A stretch of 64,000 bases of DNA from Neocallimastix sp. 'constans' (GCA_050613775.1 JBODTK010000101.1:124001-188000); one strand, 5' to 3'. Shown: positions 28,183 to 41,172, numbered from the stretch's first letter. Made by a program: numbers and translations. The notes: a model not told the origin generated them from the letters alone.

Positions 28183-30978
28183 ATTATTTGTATTAGGAGA
28201 ACAAGCAATATTTTTTTTTTTTTTTTTAGACAGGGAAGAGAATACACTTCCATAAATTTATTAATATTATAATAAAAAATACATGTAGGTGAAAAGTACA
28301 TTATAAATTAAAAATAAAAATAAAAGTTAAAAAATAAAAAATATAAAGAAGTTCAAAAATACTATGTATGTTGTACTATGCGGGAATTTTTCCCTTCCCA
28401 ACAAATAAAAAAGAAATAAAACATCGCATTTAAAAATCTAATGCTCAAAAGATTGATTACCTTCGCTACAAGAGGGGCAAGACTTGGGACAATCTTCTGA
28501 AACTCTACCCATTCTAATAGCAACAGTAGTATTGTATTTATAACCACAGCGTAAACGTATAATCCACGAAAACCCTAAGTTGAATTGGGGATATTTTAAG
28601 CTAAGCATAATTATAGCTTTATTGTTTGAGAACTTATTACAATCGTAATTTTGACCTTTAATACCTTGAAATTTGGCAACTGATTTTCAGTAACGTTCTA
28701 AAATATCGTCATATTTTTCACATTTATATTTTTTGATTTTTTTATAGAGTGTTCTAGATTCTTTAGTCCAGGAATAATAAGGCATTTTGGGAATAGATTT
28801 AATAATAAGATCCTTTATAATACAGTTTGATTTACTCCATTTTGCAAATGATTTAATCTGTAAGGCTGCGCAGACACCAGCAATAGGAGGAATGCTTAGA
28901 TCTCGAGATAAAGCATAAGTACTCATAGTAGAATTATGTCTAATATAGTCGTTGTCTTCTGAACTTGTTTTACCATTTTTAGAGAAGGAGCCGATACACC
29001 AAAATAGACCAGTATTAATTAATGTTTGAATTCTGGCCGTTCTAGATTTGTTTGAACCAAGTAAAGGAGAATAATAAATTACTTTACTAATAACAAAGGA
29101 TTGAAGAACTTTTTTCTTGTATGCAATAGGGATAAGTTTATTTGAGAAGAAATGTGTAAATGAAAGAAGGGATTTTCTAACTTTAAAATGCATGTGAGAT
29201 ATAATGTGTTCTAGTAAGAGATCATCAGAAAAAGGAATACCAAGATAAATATAACTAGACACTTTAGGAATAGCATTCATTCCTAAATAGAAGGTTGGGT
29301 CACTATAGTTTGGAGGAGATTGGAAGTTCATTGGTTTTATAACCATAGTTGCACATTTTTCAATACCAAAAGTCATTTCATTTAAATTAGCCCATCTATG
29401 TACCTTTTTTAGTAATTTTTCTAAATTTTTTGCACTTGGAGCAATAAGAACAACATCATCAGCAAAGAGTCCACCACAACACTTTTTTCTTCCAATATTA
29501 ACACCATACTTATCACAGTCATTTAATATATCATTGATGAATAAATTGAATAAAATTGGAGATAATGGACAACCTTGACGAACACCTCTTTTAATAGGAA
29601 ATTCATTTGATAACATTGAAGCAAATCGAGCACGAGCTTTAGATGAAGTATATAAATTACAAAGAAAATCAAAACATTTACCACGTACTCCATAATGATA
29701 TAATTTAGTAAGAATGTTAAAAATAGGAACTGAATCATAAGCTTTTTTAAGATCTAGAAAGGCTAAATATGTGAATTTTCCTTGAAATTTTCTTCTTTGG
29801 CATATTTCTCTAACGGAAATGAATAAACTAATGCATTCTTCACGGTTGCGAAAGCCAAATTGTTCAGGTCTAATGAAATTGTGTGAGAGTGCGTAAGAAG
29901 ATATTCTATCTGTTACAATTTTTGAAATGATTTTCAGTCCAACATTAATGAGAGAAATACCTCGATAATTACTACAATCTGATAGGTCACCTTTCTTAGG
30001 GATTGATACAATAGAAGCTGAGTTCCATTTTTTAGGAAAAGACCCATTCCATATTTTATTAAAAATCAATTTAAGACACTTTCCAGCAGCAGGATGTGTT
30101 TCTAGTAATTCTTCATTGCAAAACAGAGCTTTGTAGAATTCAATCGGGATACCATCGGGGCCGGGTGCTTTGTTGTTTTTCATAAATGAAATAGTTTTTT
30201 TAATATCGTCAATCGTAATAGGACCGTTGATATTCCAGGTAGAGGATCTAAGACTAATATTCCTTAAAGCATGGATCCAGAAGTTACGATTAAGGCTGTG
30301 ACCTGAGGGATCAGAAGCTAGATCTTTATAATATTCAACCCATCTATCTAATTGTTTAGTTGGAGAGATAATATCTTGACCAAATTTAGATTTTATGCAA
30401 GTAGGGGAGGTAGATGAATACGATGGTTTAGCCATTTTTTTTTAAACATCTCCAACCATTTTTGAAATCTTTATTCAAAAAATAATTACCAATTTTTACT
30501 ATATTAGCCTTAAATCTAGCAGAACGAAATTTGCTCTTTGTTTTCTTGATTAATTCGCAAAGTTTTTCATATCTATTGAATTGTTCAAGGTAATTATCAA
30601 CATTTTCACAATTAAAGTAAGGCTTAATATTTCGAAATGCAATATATTTTTCATGAGACAGTTTTTTAATATAATAAGGACAATGAAAAGCAGAGCCCTT
30701 TAAATTTGTTGGAATGAAAGCCTTAATATCCTTCCCGATATTATTTGCTGTATTGATAAATTTTTCTACCATTTCATCAGCCGTGAGCGAATTGTAATGA
30801 GAATTGAGGTCATTTGCTAAGATTGAAAAATAATTATGTGATAAAATATCTGAATTTTTTGTTTTACAAATATGTGTAGACCATTTAGAAACTTTAGCAG
30901 GCCTTATAAAGCCATCGGAGAGAACTTTGTTGCAAGAAAGTATAATAGGTTTATGATCAGAAATACCATAAAACCTCG
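28183..30978 (-). mobile_element. 5'-truncated LINE ORF2: end of APE, RT, CCHC zinc knuckle; inactivated
   Basis: ISDHKP at ~30950; +1 frameshift in an A9 run (30435-30443); RT motifs KAPGPDG, NYRGISL, QFGFR, FLDLKKAYD, GVRQGCPLSP, LFADD, YLG; past TGA 28687-28689 the frame continues to CPSCSEGNQSFEH*IFKC. Confidence 0.95.
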
Positions 30979-30989
30979 GTTTATTAATC

Positions 30990-31065
30990 CAGTAACGTTC
31001 TAAAATATCGTTATATTTTTCACATTTATATTTTTTGATTTTTTTATTCAGTGTTCTAGATTCTT
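30990..31065 (-). repeat. 76-bp copy of the LINE ORF2 segment 28688-28763
   Basis: 73 of 76 nt identical by eye; encodes ESRTLNKKIKKYKCEKYNDILERY followed by TGG instead of TGA. Confidence 0.9.
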
Positions 31066-31114
31066 ATTTATGGCACTTAAATAATTATAGTAATAAATAA
31101 ATAAATAAATAAAT

Positions 31115-31220
31115 ATTATTTGCCCAATTAGAACATAATAATATCTTGAATAGAGTACTGTTAAACAAAAAGCAATATTCAAAGCAAAGTAAATAAATAT
31201 ATATTCAGAAAAAAGTCTGT

Positions 31221-31223
<3 letters not shown>
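31115..31223 (-). mobile_element. Isolated LINE 3'-terminal fragment similar to 25666-25763
   Basis: Shared blocks ATTATTTG....ATTAGAACATAATAAT, AATATTCAAA, AAATAAAT and TTCAGA.AAAAGT in the same order. Confidence 0.65.
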
Positions 31224-31260
<37 letters not shown>

Positions 31261-31853
31261 TTTTTATTATTTTTATTAATTATATTTTTTTATAATTTTT
31301 ATTACATTAATGTTTAATATCAAAATAAAAAAAATTTTCTTTAAAAAAAAAAATTAAAAAGAAAAAATATTGAATAATAATCTATCTAATATTATTAATA
31401 TAATAATTATTCTTTTAAAAATTTTTTTTTAAAATTTTCTCTTTTTTTTTTATTTCAAATAGTCTACGATTTTTATATAAAATATTAATTAATGATTTAT
31501 ATTAAATATCCTTATTTCAAACTATTAAATTATTTGAGATAAAAAAATAAATATGATTTCTTTTCACCGACTTTACATATTAGAAGTATGAAAAAAAATG
31601 TACATTTTAAAAAAAACTATTTTAAAAAAAAAATGTATTATTTTATAATAGTAAAATAATGTTTCCTTTTTATTTTGTTTTGTTTTTATATTTCTTTGAT
31701 TGTTTGAATATTGTAATTTTTTTATTTTTTTTTGCTTATTCGCTTGTTCGTCTTTAATATTTTATTTTATGAGATTTATACTATCTTAATTTTTTTTATA
31801 AAGGATCTAATTTATTTTAGAACAAAAAATTTTTTCTTTCTTTTTTAAGAAAT

Positions 31854-34247
31854 TTAGTTCTTCTTAGCAGCAGCAGCTAATAAGTTTAAGGCAGAACCGG
31901 CCTTGAACCATTCAATTTGACCTTGGTTTAAGGTGTGGTTAAGCTTAATTTCGAATGATGAACCATCAGCCTTAACGAACTTAGCAGTTAATGGAACACC
32001 TGGAGTAAGAGTCTTAAGTCCAAGAATAGAAACCTTATCAGATGGATCAATCTTATCATAATCAGCAGCATCAGCGAAAGTAAGTGGAAGTACACCTTGC
32101 TTCTTAAGGTTAGTTTCGTGAATTCTAGCGAAACTCTTTACAATAACAGCAACACCACCTAAGTGTCTTGGTTCTAAGGCAGCATGTTCACGAGAACTAC
32201 CTTCACCATAGTTTTCATCAGCAATAACAACCCATGGCATACTGTGAGCCTTGTAATCTCTGGCAACAGCTGGAACAGCATCATATTCACCAGTTAAAAC
32301 GTTACGAATCTTGTTAGCTTCACCATTTTCAGCGTTAATAGCACCAATTAACATATTGTTAGAGATGTTATCTAAGTGACCACGGTACTTAAGCCATGGA
32401 CCAGCCATACTGATATGATCAGTAGTACACTTACCCTTTACCTTAATAAGGATAGTAAGGTTTTCATAATCTTCACCATTCCACTTGTTGAATGGAGTTA
32501 AAAGTTGTAATCTTTGACTATTTGGATCAACAATAACTTGAACATTGGAACGATCTTCTGGTGGAGCTTGATAAACATTAGCTCCTTGATCGTAACCAGT
32601 TGGTGGAAGAGCATCACCACTTGGTGGTTGGAACTTGAACTTTGAACCATCTGGCTTAGTGATTTCATCCTTCATTGGGTTGAACTTGAGGGAACCACCA
32701 AAGACCATAGCAGTAACAATTTCTGGAGAAGCAACAAAGGCATGAGTTTGTGGATTAGCATCATTTCTAGCAGTGAAGTTACGGTTGTAGGAAGTAATAA
32801 TACTGTTAAGATCACCCTTCTTAATATCCTTACGGTCCCATTGACCAATACATGGACCACAAGCATTGGTTAAAACAATACCACCAACCTTCTTCATTAA
32901 TTCCATTTGTCCATCCTTAACAATAGTAGCTCTAATTTGTTCACTACCTGGAGTAATAATGAACTTAGACTTGGCTGGGACACCATTATCAAGAGCTTGT
33001 TTAATTAAGGAAGAAACACGGCACATATCTTCGTAAGAAGAGTTAGTACATGAACCAATAAGGCCAACCTTTAATTCTTCTGGCCATCCATTCTTTTCAA
33101 CGGCATTCTTGAATTCACTTAATGGAGTAGCTAAATCTGGAGTGAATGGACCATTAATATGTGGTTCTAATTCACTAAGGTTAATTTCAATAATTTGATC
33201 ATATTGACAACCTTCATCAGCCTTTAATAAATCCTTGTATTGCTTAGCTAAATCGGCAATTTCAGTACGTCTAGTAGCTCTAAGGTATTCGTCCATACGT
33301 TCATTGTATGGGAAAACGGAGGTAGTAGCACCAATTTCAGCACCCATGTTACAAATGGTAGCCATACCTGTACAAGAGATAGATTCAACACCTTCACCGA
33401 AGTATTCAACAATAGCTCCTGTACCACCCTTAACAGTAAGAATACCAGCTACCTTTAAGATAATATCCTTTGGAGAAGTCCAACCATTACGTTTACCGGT
33501 TAACTTAACACCAATAATCTTTGGACACTTTAATTCCCATGGAATACCAGCCATAACATCGACGGCATCAGCACCACCAACACCAACGGCAATCATACCA
33601 AGACCACCAGCGTTTGGAGTGTGAGAATCAGTACCAATCATCATACCACCTGGGTAAGCGTAGTTTTCAAGAACAATTTGGTGAATAATACCACTACCTG
33701 GTTGCCAGAAACCAATTCCGTACTTAGCAGAGCAGGATGAAAGGAAATCGTAAACTTCCTTGTTAATTTCCTTAGCACGTGGTAAATCATTTTCAGCACC
33801 AGTTTGAGCTTGAATTAAGTGATCACAGTGAACAGTAGTTGGAACAGCAACAGTTGGAAGACCAGCAGACATGAATTGAAGAAGTGCCATTTGAGCAGTA
33901 GCATCTTGACAAGCAACACGATCTGGATGTAAGTTAAGATAACTTTGACCACGAGCAATTTCTTGACCTTTTGGATCAGCTAAGTGACCGTAAACGATCT
34001 TTTCAGCATAAGTTAATGGACGACCTAATCTATTTTATTATAATTATTTTTTTAATATATTTAAAACATATTATTATTATCATTTATATATATTAAATTA
34101 TTAAATATATTCAGAATCAAATTCTAATATTTATAATAATATAATTTTCAACTACCTTTCACGAACAATTTTGATGTTTTCGGCCATCTTTTCATATTGA
34201 ATGAATTTGTTTTGGTCGAAAGCGGACATAGCAACCTTAGTAGCCAT
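31854..34247 (-). CDS. ACO1: Aconitate hydratase, mitochondrial type, no N-terminal presequence; 2 exons, 755 aa
   Basis: Exon 1 34247-34156 ([31 protein letters not shown]), GT-AG intron 34155-34030, exon 2 with [62 protein letters not shown]. Confidence 0.97.
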
Positions 34248-35385
34248 TTTTCTAACTTTTAATGCAATAACATTTTTTATAATAAATAATTAATATATTA
34301 AAATTTCTAATTTCATATAATTCATTAAATATTGTTTTTATTGTATTTCTTTGCAATAATAAAACCCCAATATTTATATTAATTAAATATTTCCTTTTGT
34401 TTATATTAAGAAAACAATTATTATCTGAGTACTTTTTAAACGTTTTCAAAATTTCATTTTATACATCTCTTTTAAGTTCCTATTATTATACCAATAATTT
34501 CTTTTTACAGTTGCTTTTATAAAATAAATATTAACTATTATTTATTACATTTTAATGTTTCACTTTTGTTCCTTTTTTATTTTTCTTTTTCCTTTTTCTT
34601 TTTAATAAAAAATAAAAAAATAATTAAATATTATATTCCCTTTAAATTTTAAATATGTTGTTTTACTTTCTCCATTTCATTTTAATATTTTTCATATTGA
34701 ATTTACTTTTTCTTTTTAATCTTTATTTTTAAAATATATTTTTTTTTTAAAATTTTATTCTATTTACATAAAAACTTATTAATAGTATTTTTTATTATTA
34801 AAGACATATACCTGTTTATTGAAAAAAAAAATATATTTAAAATATAAAAAAATAAAAGATCCTTTTGTTTTTTAAAAAAATTAAAATGGTATAGATAGAT
34901 TATTAGTTTTTTTTTTCTGTAAAGAGAAAAAAAAAAAAAAAAAAAAATAAAAAAACTTTTCTTTTGTTTAATTTATATTTAAAATTAAAAAAAAAATTGT
35001 ATTAAAATCAGTATTAAAATATAATACACAGCAATTGTTATTACTATTTTTTTCTATTTTATTTACATAAATTTAAATTTACATGATAAATACACTAACC
35101 TATTGATATAGATTATAATAATTATATTCTAATAATATAATATATTATATTATTAATATATTAGATAGATAATAAAAATTATAAAAATCTATATAATAAA
35201 CCTTTATTAATGACTATAAAGTATATTCCATAATTTTAAATTGAACATAATAAAAATCTACATAAACTATTGGTAAATCTAATAAAAATATATATGTAAT
35301 CTAACATTTGATTATAATATATTCTATATTGTATATTAATCCATATTATATAATATATTTTTAATCAAAAAATGTATATAAATAT

Positions 35386-35418
<33 letters not shown>

Positions 35419-38159
35419 TATATCTAATTAGTGTTATTATAAATTACGCTTTCTACTATATTTAGTGTACTTTAAATGTGTGGGGAATATATAATAATAT
35501 ATATTATTATTATAAAGAAATATATTCTACTAAATAAAAATTAATTTTAAATATTATATTGATATCTTTTTTTTAATTGGTCTATTCTATCAAAGCCTAT
35601 ACAAAAAAATAGATTATTAAATTATAAAAAATATTATTTAATATATTATTAATATATTATTAATATATTAAATAAATATTAATATAAGTTATAAATTATA
35701 TAAATATAATCAACTTTTTAATATTACAAAAAAAAAAAAAAAAGTTAAAACATTTAATGGTAAAAGTATTAATGATTAAAATAATTAGAAAAAGAGTTAA
35801 GAATAAGAATAGAAAAATGAGGGGAAATGAAAAAAGTAAAAAAAAAAAAAAAAATGAAAATGAAAATAAATTTAAAGTCGTCATTAATAATATTTTAATA
35901 TAATAATTATGGTGAATGTTAATAAAATAAAATAAAAAAAAAAAAGTATTTTTATTGTTCATTAATTGAAAGGTAAGTTTTTCAAAGATTTTTAAATTAT
36001 TTTATTTAATATAATAATTAATTAATATATTATATGTTAAAAAAATATTAAATTTATCCTTAAATAAATGTTATCTTTAATTTATATACATATGAACTAT
36101 ATAATGAATATTGAAATAGTAAAAATTAAAAAATTTTCAGTTAACTTAAACTACGTTAATATTATAAAAAGATACTTATTATCATAACAAATACTTTATA
36201 AAATGTCTATTAATTCAAACTGATAAAGAAACAATAGATATAAAAAATTCTAATATTTTAAAAATAAATAAATAGATAAAATAATACATAAAAAGGATTT
36301 TCTTTAATCAAATATAATAATTAATTAAATAAATTTAATATTTAATTAATTAATAATAAAAAAATAATTAATATCATTTTCTTTTACATGATATAAAAGG
36401 TAAATTTTATTAATTTCAAATAAACGTACTTAATTTTTATGAATTAAATATATCAAAAAATAATAAGTGAATAATAGGAAATATTTATATTTTTCTATTT
36501 TTTAAACAAAACAAAAAAAAAAAATTTCATTATCTTTAAATATACTTTTTGATTTTAATAAAATTTTTTATAATAAAAAAATGAAAGGTTATAATAAAAA
36601 AGCATATATGAAAATTTCATGATTTTATCATTACTTATTATAATGTATACAATGAAAACATGATTTTGTACATATCATACGATGTATTATTTATTTTAAA
36701 GATTTCCTGTATTTTATTATATTTGATGAATTAAATTAGTTTTGTTGGTTAAAAATCTTTGATATTCTTGTTCGATGTATCAGTATTTACGTAATGTATT
36801 GGTTGAATTGATTGATGAAGGAAAAAGTAAAAATTTCTCCACTTTTATACTTTTTTTAAAAAAAAATAAGATATGAATGAATAATTTTAAAAAAATAAAT
36901 TCAATAATAAAATATTTATAAAAAAAATTGAATAAATATTCATTTATATGATAATAATTAATTAAACAATAATTATAATGATAGAATTATTACAAGAAAA
37001 TATTTATTAAGTAAAATAGGAATAATTAATTAATAAATGAATAAAAAACTATAAAAATTCACTTAAGGAACTTTAATAATAAATTTTATGTAGTTTATTT
37101 TTTATATAAATTTTAAAATTTATAATAATTATTAAGGTAAAATGAGCTTTTTATATATATGTTGACTATGTTTGATTTAAAATATACTGTTTCATTTGAA
37201 ATTTTTTATAAATCTATTAATATTCAAACGTCAATAATAATAATAATAATAATAGAATCATATTAATATTTGAATGTAATTTTTAACTATAATTAAGAAT
37301 TATTTATTATAAATTAATTTTGGAGAACAATCTGTCAATTCCTTAATTATCTTTTTTTATTTATTTTTTATTTTTACTTTTTTTAACATTTTTTTTTTAT
37401 AATTATCAAATCAATTATTAATAATATAGATATTATTATTATTATTAACTACTTAACTATATTCAAATTAACTTTAATATTTATTTATTAAGTGATTTTT
37501 TGTATATATGTAAATTAGTTATCCCATTTATTATATGTAATTTTAACAATCTTTTAAAATATTTTGTGTAACTTGTATATAAATAAAATTCATAACAGAA
37601 AACTAATTTATTTTTTTATTAGTTTTTATTTTATTTTTTTAATGCTAAAATACAATATATAAAAATATACGTTGAAAATTGTGGCGTATATTACATATAT
37701 TATGCACATTATACAATATTTATGTTGATTATACATAAATTATTTCGAAATGCATCACATTCCTTGGAGGGTGGTGCGTTTCGGAATGTGGCTTTAAAAA
37801 TGTTTACATAAATTTTCATTTCGGAATGTGGCTTATATTATTTTTTATAAATTTTTATTTATGAATATAATATTTAAAACATAAAAATAAAATGGCACAT
37901 ATAATTTCATTGAAAAAATAATTATTAAAAATATTTAAAATGTGATATTTTTCAAAAAAAAAAGATGATTTACATTCGCCATATTCTGAAAATTTTTATT
38001 TATTTATTAATTTATTCATTTATTTATTTAATAATAATATTTATATATTCACGTGATAAAATGTTCTACATAAAATATTATATTAAATAAATAAACAGCA
38101 TATATTAAAAGTCTTATTTGATTCTATTCTAATATTCAAAAGTACATCTTTAAAAATAA

Positions 38160-39290
38160 ACATGTCCAAATAATTACTACAGCAAAAGATCAATACATTC
38201 ACTGAAGATTGATATTATTGTTAAAATAAATGATGAATTCGTTATTTACGTTCCAAACGTCAATGATACAACCAAAAGAGCCATTACAGACATTATTACC
38301 AATTTAAACCTCCCAATCCCTGTTCAAGAACCTGCACCCATTCAAAACAACAATACTGTTAAAGCAGTTGTAATCAATAATACATCACCGGTTGTTAACA
38401 ATAATGTTTCAAATTCATTACTGAATAATAGAAACAAAAGACTAATTATCAAAAGAGCCTGAAAAAAATTGATGTCAAATTGATATTAATGATTAGTAAA
38501 AATGTTGAAGAAAGAATTTTAAATAAAACAAAGGAAATTTTCACCGAAATGGAAGAAATTGAATTAGGTATTATAAATTGAATTAGGTATTACAAACAAA
38601 GAAAAATTAAAATTCCTATATACCAATCTAACATATGATTACGAAAATTTTGTTCAATGCTACTAGAATAGTAATCTAGACGACAAATCTTTAATTATTA
38701 ATTTAAAATATGAATCAATAAAATTATATTTCGCAAATGGTTCAATTTGTCGATATAAAGGATATGGAACTTAAGAATGTTTCAAAAATAAACAAAAAAT
38801 TATGTTAGAAAAAGTTTTATTTTCATCAAATATTTATAAATCATCTATATCTAATCAATTTCCTATCAAAACAACAAAATATCAGTAGTATAGAAACAAT
38901 AGGAAATGATATTATGTAAAAAAAAAATAGTTAGATGATAAAAGCATTAAAATATGATATAAAATATTAGTTCATTTTTATCAAAGAGATTTACCTAAAA
39001 AGCTAGATCTAAATAATATAAAATCTCCTCCATGCATAATCTACAATTTTGACAATAAATCAATACTATTAAAAAAATCCACCAAATCTTGACAATTTAT
39101 TCCAAGACAACCAATCTCTCACTACTATAGCTCAAAATATTATTAAATCTAATTAAAATGAAATGATGAAAGATATAATGATTAAATGATGAAGTTAATT
39201 ATCCTCTTTCTTCAAGAAAGAGACAATTACCTCTAAATTCTCTTGATTCCAAAACAGTTATTCTTTCATTGTAAATTATGTCAACAAAGT
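38160..39290 (+). pseudogene. Decayed intronless ORF of unknown family
   Basis: About 100 open codons without an in-frame ATG (..KIDIIVKINDEFVIYVPNVNDTTKRAITDII..KRA*), then further coding-like segments (NVEERILNKTKEIFTEMEEIELGI; KLKFLYTNLTYDYENFVQCY*) broken by stops and frameshifts. Confidence 0.5.
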
Positions 39291-39299
39291 TAATTTTTG

Positions 39300-40390
39300 A
39301 AGGATTTTATTTTCATTAATATTAATTGGATCAATTGGAAATTTATTCAATATTTTATTATCTTCATCTTGTTTCGAAAGTCATTTTATATTATTGTTTA
39401 CATTATTTTTAGGATATTTGATTATTGTTGTTTTCAATATTGTTAAAAATTTTGTTTACTTCATAAATATCAAGAAATATGTCATTATGAATTAATTTAT
39501 TAATATAATTATTATTTTGTATTACATCATTTAAATCATTTATTTATTTATAAGTATTGTAATTTGATTTTTTTTATTTTGTATTTATAATAATGAATAT
39601 TCTTATTTACAATTTTATTTATACGATCAATATTATTATCTTCATTGTTTATATTCCTGCTTAGAATTACCATTGTTATACTTTTTTTCTTTGATTTTAG
39701 TATTAGATGCTGTATCATGTTTATTTTTCAATTGTTTATTTATATAAGATTTATCAATAATTAATTTTGGTATGCTTTCGCTTAGGATGGTCTCACGGAG
39801 TGTTCAACATTGGCGCTTTGACATGCAAACTATTGCTGAGAATTTTCTAATACACTTTTTCTAGGAATACCCCTCCAATTCCTATCTTCCTTTTGAGGTG
39901 AGGTCAATATAACCTACCCAATGAGATGAGCTCTAACTCACTTGGTAATTGCATATTAGTCAGAAAGTTTGTTTTGAAGAATTTATCTACATGTATATAT
40001 ATACCGGTATGCTAGAAATTCCCTCGTAAATATATTAAATAACAGTATTTGCATAACCCTTTCAGTTAGGAGAGTATCTGATCTATATTACTTAGAAGAT
40101 TAAGAATAATATATTATATGCATATAAGGAGAGGAAATACGTACTTGTAACCCTAACCACATATTCCGTGAAAACATCTTGGGAGAAAAATCTTAAATGG
40201 TCGAAAGGTGAGACCGAACTAGGAACCTTATGTATGTTAGCCCAAGGACTAACAACCAGGATAGAACCTGGTTCGATAAATAATTTTCAATAAAGTTTTG
40301 ATTTTTCGCTTAGTTCCTCTTCATAATATTTCTACTTAATAATACAAGATTTAATATTTTTATATTCATCAAATTATATTTAATGGAATA
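39300..40390 (-). pseudogene. Decayed ORF interrupted by a 518-bp insertion
   Basis: Removing 39786-40313 joins DEYKNIKSCIIK*KYYEEELS to ESIPKLIIDKSYINKQLKNKHDTAS in one frame. Confidence 0.5.
39786..40303. mobile_element. 518-bp non-coding insertion element flanked by 10-bp direct repeats (copy X)
   Basis: TTTCGCTTAG at 39776-39785 and 40304-40313; GC-richer than the flanks; colinear inverted similarity to 57985-58320. Confidence 0.75.
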
Positions 40391-40812
40391 CACATATTTT
40401 ATTATTTTATTATATTAATTACATATTTTAAAAGAAAATAGTTTAATTTTTTTTTTTTTAATAAGACAACAAAAGTAATATTTTTTATTTCATATTATTA
40501 GAAATTCTGAAAGAATAATTATAAAGAAAAAGAAAGAAAAGAAAAGATAAAGAACTAAATGGTTTTAAATTTAAATATATAAATATTTTAATGAAGTAAA
40601 TGATCTATATATTCTATATATAAGAATATAAGATTAAAATTGGATAAATATTACTTAAGTTCATTTTCATTATTTAAATAATAACTTAATAATTAAATAC
40701 AATGTTTAATAAGACAAATAAGCATTAACAAAGGAAATAATTAAAAACAAAGGCAAAAAACAGAGGAATGACATTAAAAAAAAAAAAAAACTTAAAAGTA
40801 TATTAAAATAAC

Positions 40813-40850
<38 letters not shown>

Positions 40851-41137
40851 TTTTAGTATAAAAAAGTTTGGGAGTAATTTTAAAAAAACATATAAATTAA
40901 AAAATTTTTTTATTTTTATTTTTATTTTTTTTTTTTATTATTTTTTTTTTTTTTAATAAATATTTTTATTTTATTTTCGTTATTAATCTATATTATATGT
41001 TTTAATAAATATTCATTATATTTTATACTTTTTTTTTTAAAAAAAAAAAAAAAAGGATTTACCAGACATAGAAAATATTACAATAGTAACTATTATTTTT
41101 GTTGTAATTTAAAAAGTAATAAAGATATGATAATTAT

Positions 41138-41172
<35 letters not shown>

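Noticed and set aside
32672..33624. Alternative-frame and antisense ORFs inside aconitase
   Set aside because: Expected by-product of strong codon bias; no independent motifs.
40236..40277. Pol III A-box-like TAGCCCAAGG and B-box-like GGTTCGA, suggesting a tRNA or tRNA-derived SINE
   Set aside because: The B-box is incomplete, there is no cloverleaf, and copy Y lacks it. No tRNA or rRNA was identified in the window.
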